Position numbers and translations under genes: made by a program
Part shown: one piece after another, positions 30,263 to 39,837 of the stretch
How the letters are laid out: each line of letters begins with the position of its first letter
Position numbering within the stretch: the first letter of the stretch is position 1
Notes under the pieces: generated by a model
Seen by the model: only the letters and a program-made list of their open reading frames with translations
The model's database searches: none
Told to the model about the DNA's origin: nothing
NCBI GenBank assembly: GCA_965368975.1
Contig: CBDUPA010000014.1
Coordinates: 64,001-128,000, forward strand
Direction of reading: 5' to 3'
Length of the DNA stretch: 64,000 nucleotides
Source of the DNA: an uncultured bacterium
GTDB lineage: Bacteria > Acidobacteriota > Thermoanaerobaculia > Multivoradales > JAHZIX01

Positions 30263-32503
30263 CTAGGAGCGTCTCCCCGACTTCTCTTTGCCGCTGCTCT
30301 CGCCGCCGCCGTGCATGTGGCGGTCAACCTGTTGTAGTCCCGGGATCGAGCGCAGCCCCTTCAGGATGCGCTCCAGGTGCTTGCGATCCCGTACCGTGAC
30401 GCCGACCTCGATCCAGCCCAGACCGTTGTCAGTCTCGGCCTCGAGGTGAGTGATGTTGCTCTCGAGTGCGGCGATCGTCTCGGCCAGACGCGCCAGCATG
30501 CCGGTCTCGTCCGTGGTCTTGATCGACAGATTGACACGGTACAGCGTGTCCTGCCGACGCGCCCACTCGACGTCGATCTCCCGCTCCGGGTGGTACAATA
30601 AGTTGCGCACGTTCGGGCAGTCCGACGAATGCACCGACACGCCACGGCCGCGGGTGATGAAGCCGACAATCTCCTCGCCCGGCACAGGATTGCAGCACTT
30701 GGCGAGGTAGAACATCATGTCACCCGTGCCCTTGACGGTGACCGCATTGCCACCCTTGCCGAAGGGCAAGATCTTGTTCACCATCTGGCGCACACGGCCA
30801 GGCTCCTCTGCATGCTGCGTCAGTTGCTCGGGCGTCAACAAGCGCGGCACCACGTGCTTGGGCTGCGCCTTGCCAAAGCCGATGCGACTGTAGAGGTCGT
30901 CGATCGACGACAGCCCCTCTTCGACCAGATAATCCCGCGTGCGCTGGCTGTCCAGCGCCTTGCGCACACTCACCTTGTAGCGCCGCAGCTCCTTCTCCAG
31001 CATCGGCCGGCCGATCTCCATCGCCCGCCTCTTCTGCTCCGTGTTGAGCCACTGTCGGATCTTGCTCTTGGCGCGCGACGTGACGACGATATTGAGCCAG
31101 TCGCGACTCGGGCTACGGTTGGGATTGACCAGGATCTCGACGATGTCGCCGTTCTGCAGCGTGCTACGCAACGGCACCAACTTGCCGTTGACCCGTGCAC
31201 CGGCGCACCGGTGCCCCACATCCGTGTGGATCTTGTAGGCGAAGTCGAGTGGCGTCACCCCACGCGGGAAGGAGCGCACGTCTCCCTTGGGAGTAAACAC
31301 ATAGACCTCGTCCGGATAGAGGTCGAGCTTGAGCGTGGTGAGAAACGTGCGCGGATCCTCGACCTCGGTCTGCCACTCAACCAGATGGCGCAGCCAGGTG
31401 ACGCTCTCCACATCCCGTGCCGTCTCGTGCCCCTCTTTGTAGCTCCAGTGCGCAGCGATGCCTTCCTCGGCGATCTGGTCCATGTCGAAGGTACGGATCT
31501 GCACCTCGAACGGCTGCCCTTCTTCTCCCACCAGCGTCGTGTGCAGACTCTGGTAGAGATTCGGCTTGGGCATCGCAATGTAGTCTTTGAACCGCCCCGG
31601 CACCGGCCGCCAAACCTGGTGCACCACGCCGAGCGCGGTGTAGGTGTCGACCTTGCGCGGCACGATGATGCGGAAGGCGAGGTAGTCGTAGAGCTGCGAG
31701 ATGTCGATACCCTGACGGCGTAGCTTCTGATAGATCGAAAAGTAGCGTTTGACGCGATAGCTGATCGTCACCTCACCGATCGTCGAGCCCATCAGGCTCT
31801 CTGCCAGCCGCTCGCGCACGCTCTCGATCATGTCGTGCCCACCCTTCAACTTCTCTTGCAGCTTCGAGTGCAACTCGGCGAACTGGTGTGGGTAGAGATA
31901 GTAGAAGGCCAAATCCTCGAGATCGCCCTTGACTCGCGCCATGCCAAGCCGATGCGCCAGCGGCGCGTAGATCTCCAGCGTCTCGCGCGAGATGCGCCGC
32001 CGCGACTCGGTGCTCATGTGCATCAGGGTCTGCATGTTGTGCAGCCGGTCAGCCAGCTTGACAAGGATGACCCGGATGTCGCGCGCCGACGCCAAGATCA
32101 TCTTGCGGAAGGTCTCGGCCTGCGCCTGATCACGCCGCACATAAGAGTGCTTGCTGATCTTGGTGACACCGTCGACCACCTCGGTAATGTCGGCGCCCGC
32201 CAGCTCTTCGACCGCCTCGCGCTCGGCCAGCGTGTCTTCGAGCACATCGTGCAGCAGACCGGCGGCGACGCACGTCTCGTCGAACTTGAGATCGGCCAGC
32301 AGGTACGAGACCGCCAGCGGATGCGTCATGTACGGCTCACCCGAGCGCCGCTTCTGATCCTTGTGCTTGTCCGCGGAGAAGTCGTACACACGGCGTAGAA
32401 AGTCGGCGTCGTACTCCTTGCCATTGTCCTGCAAACGAGCCAAGACCTGATCGAGAGACTCGACCGTCGGCGCGTGCACGGGCGGCGGCAAGGTTAGCAG
32501 CAT
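30263..32503 (-). CDS. relA: Bifunctional (p)ppGpp synthetase/hydrolase (long RSH)
   Basis: Intact HD domain (LLHDVLED), RFKDY synthetase, YQSLHT, TGS (DFAYKIHT), AKCCNP and ACT domains. Confidence 0.95.
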   Translation of the reverse strand: MLLTLPPPVHAPTVESLDQVLARLQDNGKEYDADFLRRVYDFSADKHKDQKRRSGEPYMTHPLAVSYLLADLKFDETCVAAGLLHDVLEDTLAEREAVEELAGADITEVVDGVTKISKHSYVRRDQAQAETFRKMILASARDIRVILVKLADRLHNMQTLMHMSTESRRRISRETLEIYAPLAHRLGMARVKGDLEDLAFYYLYPHQFAELHSKLQEKLKGGHDMIESVRERLAESLMGSTIGEVTISYRVKRYFSIYQKLRRQGIDISQLYDYLAFRIIVPRKVDTYTALGVVHQVWRPVPGRFKDYIAMPKPNLYQSLHTTLVGEEGQPFEVQIRTFDMDQIAEEGIAAHWSYKEGHETARDVESVTWLRHLVEWQTEVEDPRTFLTTLKLDLYPDEVYVFTPKGDVRSFPRGVTPLDFAYKIHTDVGHRCAGARVNGKLVPLRSTLQNGDIVEILVNPNRSPSRDWLNIVVTSRAKSKIRQWLNTEQKRRAMEIGRPMLEKELRRYKVSVRKALDSQRTRDYLVEEGLSSIDDLYSRIGFGKAQPKHVVPRLLTPEQLTQHAEEPGRVRQMVNKILPFGKGGNAVTVKGTGDMMFYLAKCCNPVPGEEIVGFITRGRGVSVHSSDCPNVRNLLYHPEREIDVEWARRQDTLYRVNLSIKTTDETGMLARLAETIAALESNITHLEAETDNGLGWIEVGVTVRDRKHLERILKGLRSIPGLQQVDRHMHGGGESSGKEKSGRRS

Positions 32504-32593
32504 GGCGGTTGAGTATACCCCGAAGCACCGTCATGACGATACGCTGCAAATCGTTCCAATCCGGACGCCCGTGGGCCGCGCTAAGATGCAGGC

Positions 32594-33853
32594 ATGGATC
32601 CAGCTGTCGTCTTCGCGCGCCTCGGCCTGGCCCTCGCGTTGGGGTTGCTGGTGGGCCTGCAGCGACAGCGCTCGGAATCAGAGCTGGCAGGCATCCGCAC
32701 CTTCCCGCTCGCCACTGCTTTCGGCACCGTCTGCGGCCTTCTGGCACTCGAGCACGGCGGCTGGGTGCTGCTGGCAGGCCTCCTGTCGATGGCCGCGGCC
32801 TTGGTGGTCGGTAACGTGGCCAAGATCCGGGCCAGCGCACCCGACCCCGGCCTGACCACCGAGGTCACATTGCTGCTGATGTTCACGCTGGGCGCCTACC
32901 TGGTCACCGGCCACCTGAGCGTCGCGGTGGCCTTGGGCGGCGCAATCGCGATTCTCTTGCAGTTCAAGGAGCCGATGCACCGCTGGGCGCATCAATTGGG
33001 CGACGCAGATTTCCGCGCCATCCTGCAGTTCGTGCTCATCTCGCTGATCATCCTGCCAGTGCTGCCGGATCGCGCGTATGGCCCCTATCAGGTGCTGAAT
33101 CCGCGCAATATCTGGTGGATGGTCGTACTGATCGTCGGCATGAACCTGGCCGGCTACATCGCTCACAAGCTACTCGGCGCGCGGACCGGCGCCGCGCTCA
33201 GCGGCCTCCTCGGCGGCCTCATCTCGAGCACCGCCACCACGGTCAGCACCAGCCGTCGCTCCCACGGCAAGCGAGCTTCCGTCGCAGTGGACACAGTCGT
33301 CATCCTGATCGCCAGCACGGTCGTTTTCGCCCGCGTGCTCGTCGAGATCGCAGTCGTGGCTCCGGACGCCCTGCGTCTCACAGCTCCCCCTCTAGCCACC
33401 CTGTTCGCCGTCCTCTTGTTGCTCAGCCTCGCATCTTGGCTCTGGGCACACCCTGGCAGCGACAACACCAGGACCGAGACCCCATCCGACTCCGGCAATC
33501 CGTCAGAATTGCGCACCGCCATCGTCTTCGGTGGCCTCTACGCCCTCGTCCTGTTCGCCGTCGCCGCCGCCAAACACCTGCTCGGCGACCACGGCCTCTA
33601 CCTCGTCGCCGTTCTCTCCGGCCTCACCGACATGGACGCCATCACCCTGTCCACCTCGCGCCTGATGCAAGATGGCCGCCTACCCGTCGACACCGGCTGG
33701 CGCCTCATCCTCGTCGCGTCCCTGGCCAACTTGGCGTTCAAGCTGGGCCTCGTCGCGGTGCTCGGCTCCAAGTCGCTGCTGCGTCGAGTGGGACCGCTGT
33801 TTTTGCTGGGAGGGATCGCGGGAGGGGGAATCTTGTGGTTGTGGCCAGGGTGA
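32594..33853 (+). CDS. MgtC/SapB family membrane protein with DUF4010-like domain
   Basis: GLLVGLQR, AGIRTF, GLTTE, GGLISSTA, SGLTDMDAITLS. Confidence 0.88.
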   Translation: MDPAVVFARLGLALALGLLVGLQRQRSESELAGIRTFPLATAFGTVCGLLALEHGGWVLLAGLLSMAAALVVGNVAKIRASAPDPGLTTEVTLLLMFTLGAYLVTGHLSVAVALGGAIAILLQFKEPMHRWAHQLGDADFRAILQFVLISLIILPVLPDRAYGPYQVLNPRNIWWMVVLIVGMNLAGYIAHKLLGARTGAALSGLLGGLISSTATTVSTSRRSHGKRASVAVDTVVILIASTVVFARVLVEIAVVAPDALRLTAPPLATLFAVLLLLSLASWLWAHPGSDNTRTETPSDSGNPSELRTAIVFGGLYALVLFAVAAAKHLLGDHGLYLVAVLSGLTDMDAITLSTSRLMQDGRLPVDTGWRLILVASLANLAFKLGLVAVLGSKSLLRRVGPLFLLGGIAGGGILWLWPG

Positions 33854-33916
33854 AACACAGGTGCCAGCCGAATATTTCTGCCCGGTGCAAACACAGGTGC
33901 CAGCCGAATATTTCTG
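33853..33916 (+). repeat. Two identical 28-bp direct repeats upstream of the HUH transposase
   Basis: AAACACAGGTGCCAGCCGAATATTTCTG at 33853-33880 and 33889-33916 (period 36). Confidence 0.9.
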
Positions 33917-35231
33917 ACTTTTTGCCCGGTAGGCGACATGTAGCGCCCCTGGATGTCGTCTATCTACAGACAGGCCCACCCGAAAACCATCGGCTCGGGC
34001 TCGAAAGAAAAGGAGCCTGTCATGTTTACAAGTCCTCTCTCTTGCCTGGCGGAGGCCTGACGTGGGTCGCCGCCTGCGTTACATCCCCGTCGGTGGTGCC
34101 CTCGTCGAAGTCACCGCTCGCACCCTACAAGGGCGATTCTTGCTGCGTCCCACTTCCTGGGTCAACGAGGCCATTGTCGGCGTCCTGGCTCGGGGCCGTC
34201 AGAGAGAGCCGAGCGTCAAGGTGCACGCGCTCGCCTTTCTCTCTAATCACTACCACCTGCTCCTCTGGGTGCCCCACGCCAAGGCGCTGAGAACCTTCAT
34301 GGAGTTCGTCAACTCCAACCTTGCCCGTGAAATTGGCAGGTTGGTGAAGTGGCGAGAGAAGTTCTGGTCGCGCCGCTACCAACACATCGTTGTCAGTGCC
34401 GAGCCCAACGCCCAGATCGAGCGACTGCGTTACATTCTGTCTCACGGCGTCAAGGAAGACCTGGTGAAGCGAGCCGAAGACTGGCCCGGTGTCCACGGCC
34501 TGGGTTGCCTGCTACGCGGCGAGAAGCTGCAAGGCTACTGGTTCGACAGGACGGCCGAGTACAAGGCACGCCTACGGGGTGAGGACTTCGAGCGGCTCAC
34601 CTACGCGACTCCGGAAGCACTGCAGCTCGATCCGCTCCCATGCTGGCGTCACCTGAGCGTCGAGCAGCGGCAGCAGCGAGTCCGGGAGCTGGTCGAGGAG
34701 ATCGAAGTCGAGCATGCTGCCCGCAGGAGAGCGGAGCGTAAGTGGGTGCTGGGAGTCCATGCCATCAAGGCCCGCGACCCGCACGAGCATCCACGAGAAC
34801 CCAAGAAGTCGCTGGCACCTTGGTTTCATGCTGGGAGTCGAAAGGTAAGACGCGAACTCAGGCAGGCGTATGAGGTCTTCTACGAAGCCTTCCGCGAGGC
34901 CACTGACGAGCTAAGAACCGGGAACCGAGAAGCTCCGTTTCCCGAGGGGAGCCACCCGCCGGCACTACCCTTCGTCGTGCCGTCCTTGCTCGCGCGACCG
35001 CAGCCAGCCTGATCGCGTCGCACAACCAGATACGCTTCCTCTTCGCTGTCGCCAGCTTCAGTGCACGGGTGAGGTGTGGCCAAACGCGCCCAAGCGCAGG
35101 CACATTCCCTCCTGACTCTATGAGCCAGGCTCGGAAGGACAAGCTCGATCCAGCGTGAGGAGCGTTCTGCGCAAGCTGCCAAGCTCCCAAAGCTCGATCC
35201 GCACTCGCAAACAGATACTCCCCTGGCACCT
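33859..35231 (+). mobile_element. Putative RAYT/REPtron-like locus bounded by inverted AGGTGCCAG...CTGGCACCT
   Basis: AGGTGCCAG at 33859 and 33895, CTGGCACCT at 35223-35231, with the Y1 transposase between them. Confidence 0.55.
34062..35012 (+). CDS. HUH/Y1 tyrosine transposase (IS200/RAYT-like)
   Basis: VEVTART N-terminus, FLSNHYHLLL (HUH), FWSRRY, catalytic Tyr in RLRYILSHGVK, LV....DWPG; no tnpB next to it. Confidence 0.85.
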   Translation: MGRRLRYIPVGGALVEVTARTLQGRFLLRPTSWVNEAIVGVLARGRQREPSVKVHALAFLSNHYHLLLWVPHAKALRTFMEFVNSNLAREIGRLVKWREKFWSRRYQHIVVSAEPNAQIERLRYILSHGVKEDLVKRAEDWPGVHGLGCLLRGEKLQGYWFDRTAEYKARLRGEDFERLTYATPEALQLDPLPCWRHLSVEQRQQRVRELVEEIEVEHAARRRAERKWVLGVHAIKARDPHEHPREPKKSLAPWFHAGSRKVRRELRQAYEVFYEAFREATDELRTGNREAPFPEGSHPPALPFVVPSLLARPQPA

Positions 35232-35438
35232 TGAAGGGAATCTTGGACTTTCTCCGACTCCCCGAGGTGCGATAGGCTCTTGGCTGTCCATCTGGACACT
35301 CGCTCCCCCAACTCCGCCTCAATCCTTTCCTTGACCGATGACCACGAGAGCCTCGCGACGAGGCTGCCACTTCGAACCACAGCTCGATCGATCGACGCCA
35401 TCTCCCGCAGCGCGGGGATGGCCGAACAGGAGACGCCG

Positions 35439-36014
35439 ATGAACAAACCCGCACCGACCGACCATCCCGTCCACGACCTGATCCGCGATCGCTGGAGTCC
35501 GCGCGCGTTCGGCACCGGCGAGGTAGCGCAAGCACAGATCGACTCGATGATCGAAGCAGCGCGGTGGGCGGCTTCCTGCTACAACGGCCAACCGTGGCGC
35601 TACGTCGTGGGAACCCAAGGCAGCGACACCTACCGCAAGATCTTCGACGCTCTCGTCCCCTTCAACCAGGGTTGGGCACAGGCCGCTCCCGTGTTGATCC
35701 TGGCGGTAGCCAAGCTGCAGTTCGACGACGGGCGCGACAACGGCCATGCTACCTACGACACCGGCCAGGCGACCGCGCAGCTGGTACTGCAGGCCACTGA
35801 TCTGGGCCTGCGCGTCCACCAGATGGCGGGCTTTGACGCCGACAAGGCGCGCGCTGCGTTCGAGATGCCGGACGGCTTCCAGCCGATCGCCGTGTTGGCG
35901 GTCGGACAACCTGGTGATCCGTCTTCGCTACCGGAAGACCTGCAAGGCGGCGAGAACGCACCACGCGAGCGAAAGCCGGGTTCCGCCCTGATCTACGACG
36001 GCACCTGGAGCTGA
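35439..36014 (+). CDS. Nitroreductase family protein
   Basis: RWSPRAF, EAARWAASCYNGQPWRY, YDTGQA, HQMAGFD; CAGGAG RBS. Confidence 0.92.
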   Translation: MNKPAPTDHPVHDLIRDRWSPRAFGTGEVAQAQIDSMIEAARWAASCYNGQPWRYVVGTQGSDTYRKIFDALVPFNQGWAQAAPVLILAVAKLQFDDGRDNGHATYDTGQATAQLVLQATDLGLRVHQMAGFDADKARAAFEMPDGFQPIAVLAVGQPGDPSSLPEDLQGGENAPRERKPGSALIYDGTWS

Positions 36015-36024
36015 ATCACAGAAG

Positions 36025-36075
36025 GCGCTACAATCTTACGGTCCGACGCCCAGGTTGTAGCGCTGATTGTAGCGC
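36025..36075. promoter_or_regulatory. Three TTGTAGCGC boxes (one inverted), candidate operator
   Basis: GCGCTACAATC 36025-36035, GGTTGTAGCGC 36053-36063, GATTGTAGCGC 36065-36075. Confidence 0.45.
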
Positions 36076-36141
36076 AGCCACGAAGCATTCGCACCTGAAC
36101 CACCCAGCCACCAGTCAAGTTTGCAACAGCGGAGCGTACGC

Positions 36142-36363
36142 GTGAAGACCCGAGTGACGGTGACCATCGACGACAGTTTATTGATGCTGGCCCGGCGCCA
36201 TGCCAAGGCACGGGACGAGTCGCTCTCGCAGCTGCTGGAAGCCCTGGTGGACGAGCACCTGGACAAGGACGTGGTGCTGAAGGTTCCCCTGGCACCACCC
36301 TGCCTGGAACAAGAGTGGCTCGAAGCACGAGCGAACCGGTTGGCTAAGCGCTTTCAGCGCTAG
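36142..36363 (+). CDS. Ribbon-helix-helix protein (DUF6364/antitoxin-like)
   Basis: MKTRVTVTIDDSLLMLARRHAKARDESLSQLLE matches the RHH pattern; GGAG RBS before GTG. Confidence 0.75.
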   Translation: MKTRVTVTIDDSLLMLARRHAKARDESLSQLLEALVDEHLDKDVVLKVPLAPPCLEQEWLEARANRLAKRFQR

Positions 36364-36601
36364 GCTCGAAACCCCGGCAGTCGACGACCGGCAAGCGTGG
36401 ATAGCGTGGCCAGGCGCGCTCCTTGGCACTGGCAGAGATCCCGGGCGCAGGGGTCGTATCAGCCCACGCATCCACCAAGCCGCAACGGATGAACGTCGAA
36501 CGGCCGTTGCTCATCAACCGCAGGTGACGACAGTCCGCACACAGGCCCGCGTTTGCCCGCTGCGCGTGTCGTCGCGCGGAAGTGACATCGAGTTCCGCCA
36601 T
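36344..36601 (-). CDS. Small four-Cys hypothetical protein
   Basis: GLCADCRH...STFIRCG...PRYPRLPVVDCRGF; ATG at 36601. Confidence 0.65.
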   Translation of the reverse strand: MAELDVTSARRHAQRANAGLCADCRHLRLMSNGRSTFIRCGLVDAWADTTPAPGISASAKERAWPRYPRLPVVDCRGFEPSAESA

Positions 36602-36642
36602 CCTGCCGGGTCCGCCCTTAGCTACTTGGACCGCGCATGGAC

Positions 36643-37683
36643 TTAAACCGCGCCATGCTGGCGTGCCCAGCGCCCCACGTGCTGGACAGCGCGCACGCCC
36701 TCGCTGAGCATGGCACCGAACATCTGCCAGCCGTGCGTCAAGCTGTCCCAAGCTTCCAGCCGCACCGAGACGCCAGCAGCGCCAGCCCGCTCCGCCAGGC
36801 GCACGGAATCGTCATACAGGATCTCTTCCGTGCCGACCTGAATCAGCATCGGTGGCATGCCGGCGAACTGTCCGAAAAGGGGCGACAGTAAGGGGTCGCG
36901 CGCATCGGCACCGTTCAGGTACGCGCCTCCCGTGCGTTCGAGCAGCCGCGGCTGCAGGACCGGATCGCGCCTCTCGCGCTCGCGCACCGAAGCGCTGCCA
37001 TGCGTCAGGTCGACCCATGGCGACATCAGCATCAACGCCGCGGCCAGCGGCACACCGTCGCGCCGGGCACGCAGCTGCGTCGACAAGCACAAGCCCCCAC
37101 CTGCCGAGTCCCCGGCCAGGGAAATGCCTTCGGTTCGACCTCCAGCGGCATCGACGATCGCCCGGTAGACAGCGTAGCAATCCTCCAGCGCTGCCGGGTA
37201 CGGCGCCTCGGGCGCTCGCCGGTACTCCACCGCCACCACACGTGCCCCGGACGACGCCGAGAGCTGGCAGCACAGCTCACGATGAGTGTTGAGCGAGCCG
37301 CTGACGAAACCACCACCGTGCAGCAGCAGCATCGCCGGGCCCTGGCCCAATGGCACCTCCGGCACATTGCCGGCCCGCACCTGCTCGACGGTCACACCCC
37401 CCAGCTGCCCGCGGTCGATGCGCGCATCCTTGGGGATCGGGTACAGCTCGGAAAACATCTCGAACTCCGAGCGAAACTGCGCGAATGGGATGTTGCCGTC
37501 GCGTTTGCGCGCCCGCTGCATCTTGAGCAAGCGGTCACGCTCCGCCGTGGCCTCAGGCGTCGGCGGCACCTCGACCACCGCTCGCGCCGGCCTACCGTCC
37601 GGCGACGGATGTGTGTAGACCAATGGAGAGGCCCCAGGCCCAACGTCCCCGGGACCGTTGCCATGATTGCTTGCATTCGACAT
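36643..37683 (-). CDS. Alpha/beta hydrolase, HSL-family esterase
   Basis: HGGGF, YRRAPE.PYPAALED, GDSAGG nucleophile elbow, SPWVD. Confidence 0.92.
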   Translation of the reverse strand: MSNASNHGNGPGDVGPGASPLVYTHPSPDGRPARAVVEVPPTPEATAERDRLLKMQRARKRDGNIPFAQFRSEFEMFSELYPIPKDARIDRGQLGGVTVEQVRAGNVPEVPLGQGPAMLLLHGGGFVSGSLNTHRELCCQLSASSGARVVAVEYRRAPEAPYPAALEDCYAVYRAIVDAAGGRTEGISLAGDSAGGGLCLSTQLRARRDGVPLAAALMLMSPWVDLTHGSASVRERERRDPVLQPRLLERTGGAYLNGADARDPLLSPLFGQFAGMPPMLIQVGTEEILYDDSVRLAERAGAAGVSVRLEAWDSLTHGWQMFGAMLSEGVRAVQHVGRWARQHGAV

Positions 37684-37810
37684 CGACCTCACCCCTCCGT
37701 GATAGCATCCTGATTACTTCTTTGAGTACCGATTCTTTGCGTAAGACAACCCGCCAAGGCCCCGGCAAACGGGCCCGGAAAACGGGCCCTACAAGAGGTG
37801 AAACCCTACC

Positions 37811-39013
37811 ATGTCGCGAAGCCGCCGCACGAGCCGATCGACGCGCTCCAGCTCCCGTACAGACAGCACCAAGAAGCCCTCGACCGATGACAAGCTCGCC
37901 CCTCGACAGGCCAGCGGCGACGGCGGGTGGCCGACTCCGACGCAAGGCCCGGGGGAGACGCCCGTGGCTGTCGACGCCGATGCGCTGCGGCGGGTGGTAA
38001 CCGGCGTCTTCGAGCGCCTCGACCTGACCCCGGACGACGCCGCCGTGGCCGCAGACATCCTGGTCGAAGCCGACCTGCGCGGCATCGAATCGCACGGTGT
38101 TTCCAACTATCTCAAGCTGCTCTACGTGCCCGGCCTGCAAAGCGGCCGCATCCAGGGCCGCCCCGAGCTGACGACCGCCCACGAGACACCCGTCAGCGCC
38201 CGTCTCGACGGCGCCAAAGGACTCGGCTTGGTGGTCGGTTACCATGCCATGCGCCGTGCCATGGCCAAGGCGCGCGACGGTTTCTTCGGCTTCGTCACGG
38301 TATGCAACAGCGGTCACTACGGCATCGCCGGCTATTACGCCAGCATGGCGCTCGAAGAAGGGATGATCGGCATCTCGATGACCAACGCCGACCCGCTGGT
38401 GCTCCCGACGTTCGGCAAGGAAGCGCGCCTGGGCACCAACCCGATCAGCGTCGCGGTGCCGACCGCCGAGCGCCCACCCTACCTTCTCGACATGGCTACC
38501 AGCACCGTCGCACTGGGCAAGATCCTCAACCAGCTGCGCGGCGGCACGCCGCTGCCACAGGGCTGGGCGGCGGACGATGAAGGAATCGAGACGCACGACG
38601 CCAGCGTCGCCTGGGACGCCAAGCGCCTGCTGCCGCTGGGGGGCCAGCGCGAACAGAGCGGCCACAAAGGCTACGGCCTGGCCATGCTGGTCGACATCTT
38701 CACCGCCCTGCTCGCCGGCGGCGTGCCCAGCTACGATGTCCACCTGACGCAGCCGGTGAGCCACTTCTTCGCCGCCCTGCGCATTGACGCCTTCCGCGAC
38801 CCGGAGGAGTTCCGAGCCGACATGGACGCCTTCCTCGACCGCCTGTGTGCGACGCCGCGCGTGGCCGGCGAGGAGCGCATCTTCTACCCCGGCCTGATCG
38901 AGCACGAGACCAAGCAGCAACGCTTGCAAGACGGTATTCCGCTGCACCCACAGGTGGTCGCGGACCTACAAGGCATTGCTGACGAACTCGACGTCGACGT
39001 TCAGCTGCGCTGA
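37811..39013 (+). CDS. Ldh_2 family oxidoreductase (malate/L-lactate/ureidoglycolate dehydrogenase type)
   Basis: ADLRGIESHG, NSGHYG, GTNPIS, LDMATS, GHKGYGL; the true start may be further downstream. Confidence 0.9.
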   Translation: MSRSRRTSRSTRSSSRTDSTKKPSTDDKLAPRQASGDGGWPTPTQGPGETPVAVDADALRRVVTGVFERLDLTPDDAAVAADILVEADLRGIESHGVSNYLKLLYVPGLQSGRIQGRPELTTAHETPVSARLDGAKGLGLVVGYHAMRRAMAKARDGFFGFVTVCNSGHYGIAGYYASMALEEGMIGISMTNADPLVLPTFGKEARLGTNPISVAVPTAERPPYLLDMATSTVALGKILNQLRGGTPLPQGWAADDEGIETHDASVAWDAKRLLPLGGQREQSGHKGYGLAMLVDIFTALLAGGVPSYDVHLTQPVSHFFAALRIDAFRDPEEFRADMDAFLDRLCATPRVAGEERIFYPGLIEHETKQQRLQDGIPLHPQVVADLQGIADELDVDVQLR

Positions 39014-39029
39014 CTGCGAGCTGCGCCAG

Positions 39030-39608
39030 CTAGCCTGCGACCAGCGACAGCAACTCGCGCGACGCCGTCTCGGCGTGCTTACCAGCGAGTTCGACGATGT
39101 CGTGCGCCCGTTCGTAGGCTGGGCAGCTCGCCTCGTAGATCGGTCGCAGCTGCTCGACGTCTTCGAGCGGATGCGGCAGGAACGGGCTGGGGTGTCGACC
39201 CTGGCGCTCTTCGCGCGCCTTGAGCTGCCATAGCGCGTTGACCAGGTCCAGCTTCAGATAGACCAGGCGCGACGCCGCCAGCACCGCATCCAGGCTGCGC
39301 GGAGCCATCAAGGCCCCCTCGCCCAGCGCAATCACCGCCGGTGGCTTGCCGTTCAGCGCGCGCCGCAACTGCTGCGACTCCAGCTGCCGCAAGCGTGTCT
39401 CGCCCTGCGTCGCCACCAGCTCCCAGATCGAGCAGCCTGCTTCGTGCTCGATCCACCGGTCGAGATCGACGAAGGTCAACCCGGTACGGCCGGCAAGCCG
39501 GTAGGCGACTTGCCGGTGCTCGCTGCCGAAGAAACCCACCACTACCAGCGGCCGCTCGAGTGCCACGGTCGCGTGATGGCTGTAGTAATCCGCAGTAGAT
39601 TCCGACAT
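39030..39608 (-). CDS. Shikimate-kinase-like protein with degenerate P-loop
   Basis: VVVGFFGSEHRQV, FVDLDRWIE...SI.ELV..QGE..LR.LE, VIALGEG. Confidence 0.75.
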   Translation of the reverse strand: MSESTADYYSHHATVALERPLVVVGFFGSEHRQVAYRLAGRTGLTFVDLDRWIEHEAGCSIWELVATQGETRLRQLESQQLRRALNGKPPAVIALGEGALMAPRSLDAVLAASRLVYLKLDLVNALWQLKAREERQGRHPSPFLPHPLEDVEQLRPIYEASCPAYERAHDIVELAGKHAETASRELLSLVAG

Positions 39609-39837
39609 ATCCGTGCCCTTCGTCAACCTTCGTGTTCCCGTCCTGCGGGTTTGCCGCCTGCAAACCCTTCGTCGTCGGTCGACTGCCGGTTTCATGAACC
39701 CAGCAGCCAACCCGACACAAATTCAGATTTGCCAGAAATATGAAATTATGCGCCAGCTCGAATTATCTGTAGATAACAAATACTGACTCACGTATGCTCG
39801 GGCCACGCACTTACCTCTCACTACACAGGAGAAGATC

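Noticed and set aside
33853-33916. Possible CRISPR mini-array (28-bp repeats)
   Set aside because: Only two repeats, an 8-nt spacer and no cas genes; better explained as a duplicated transposase-associated motif.
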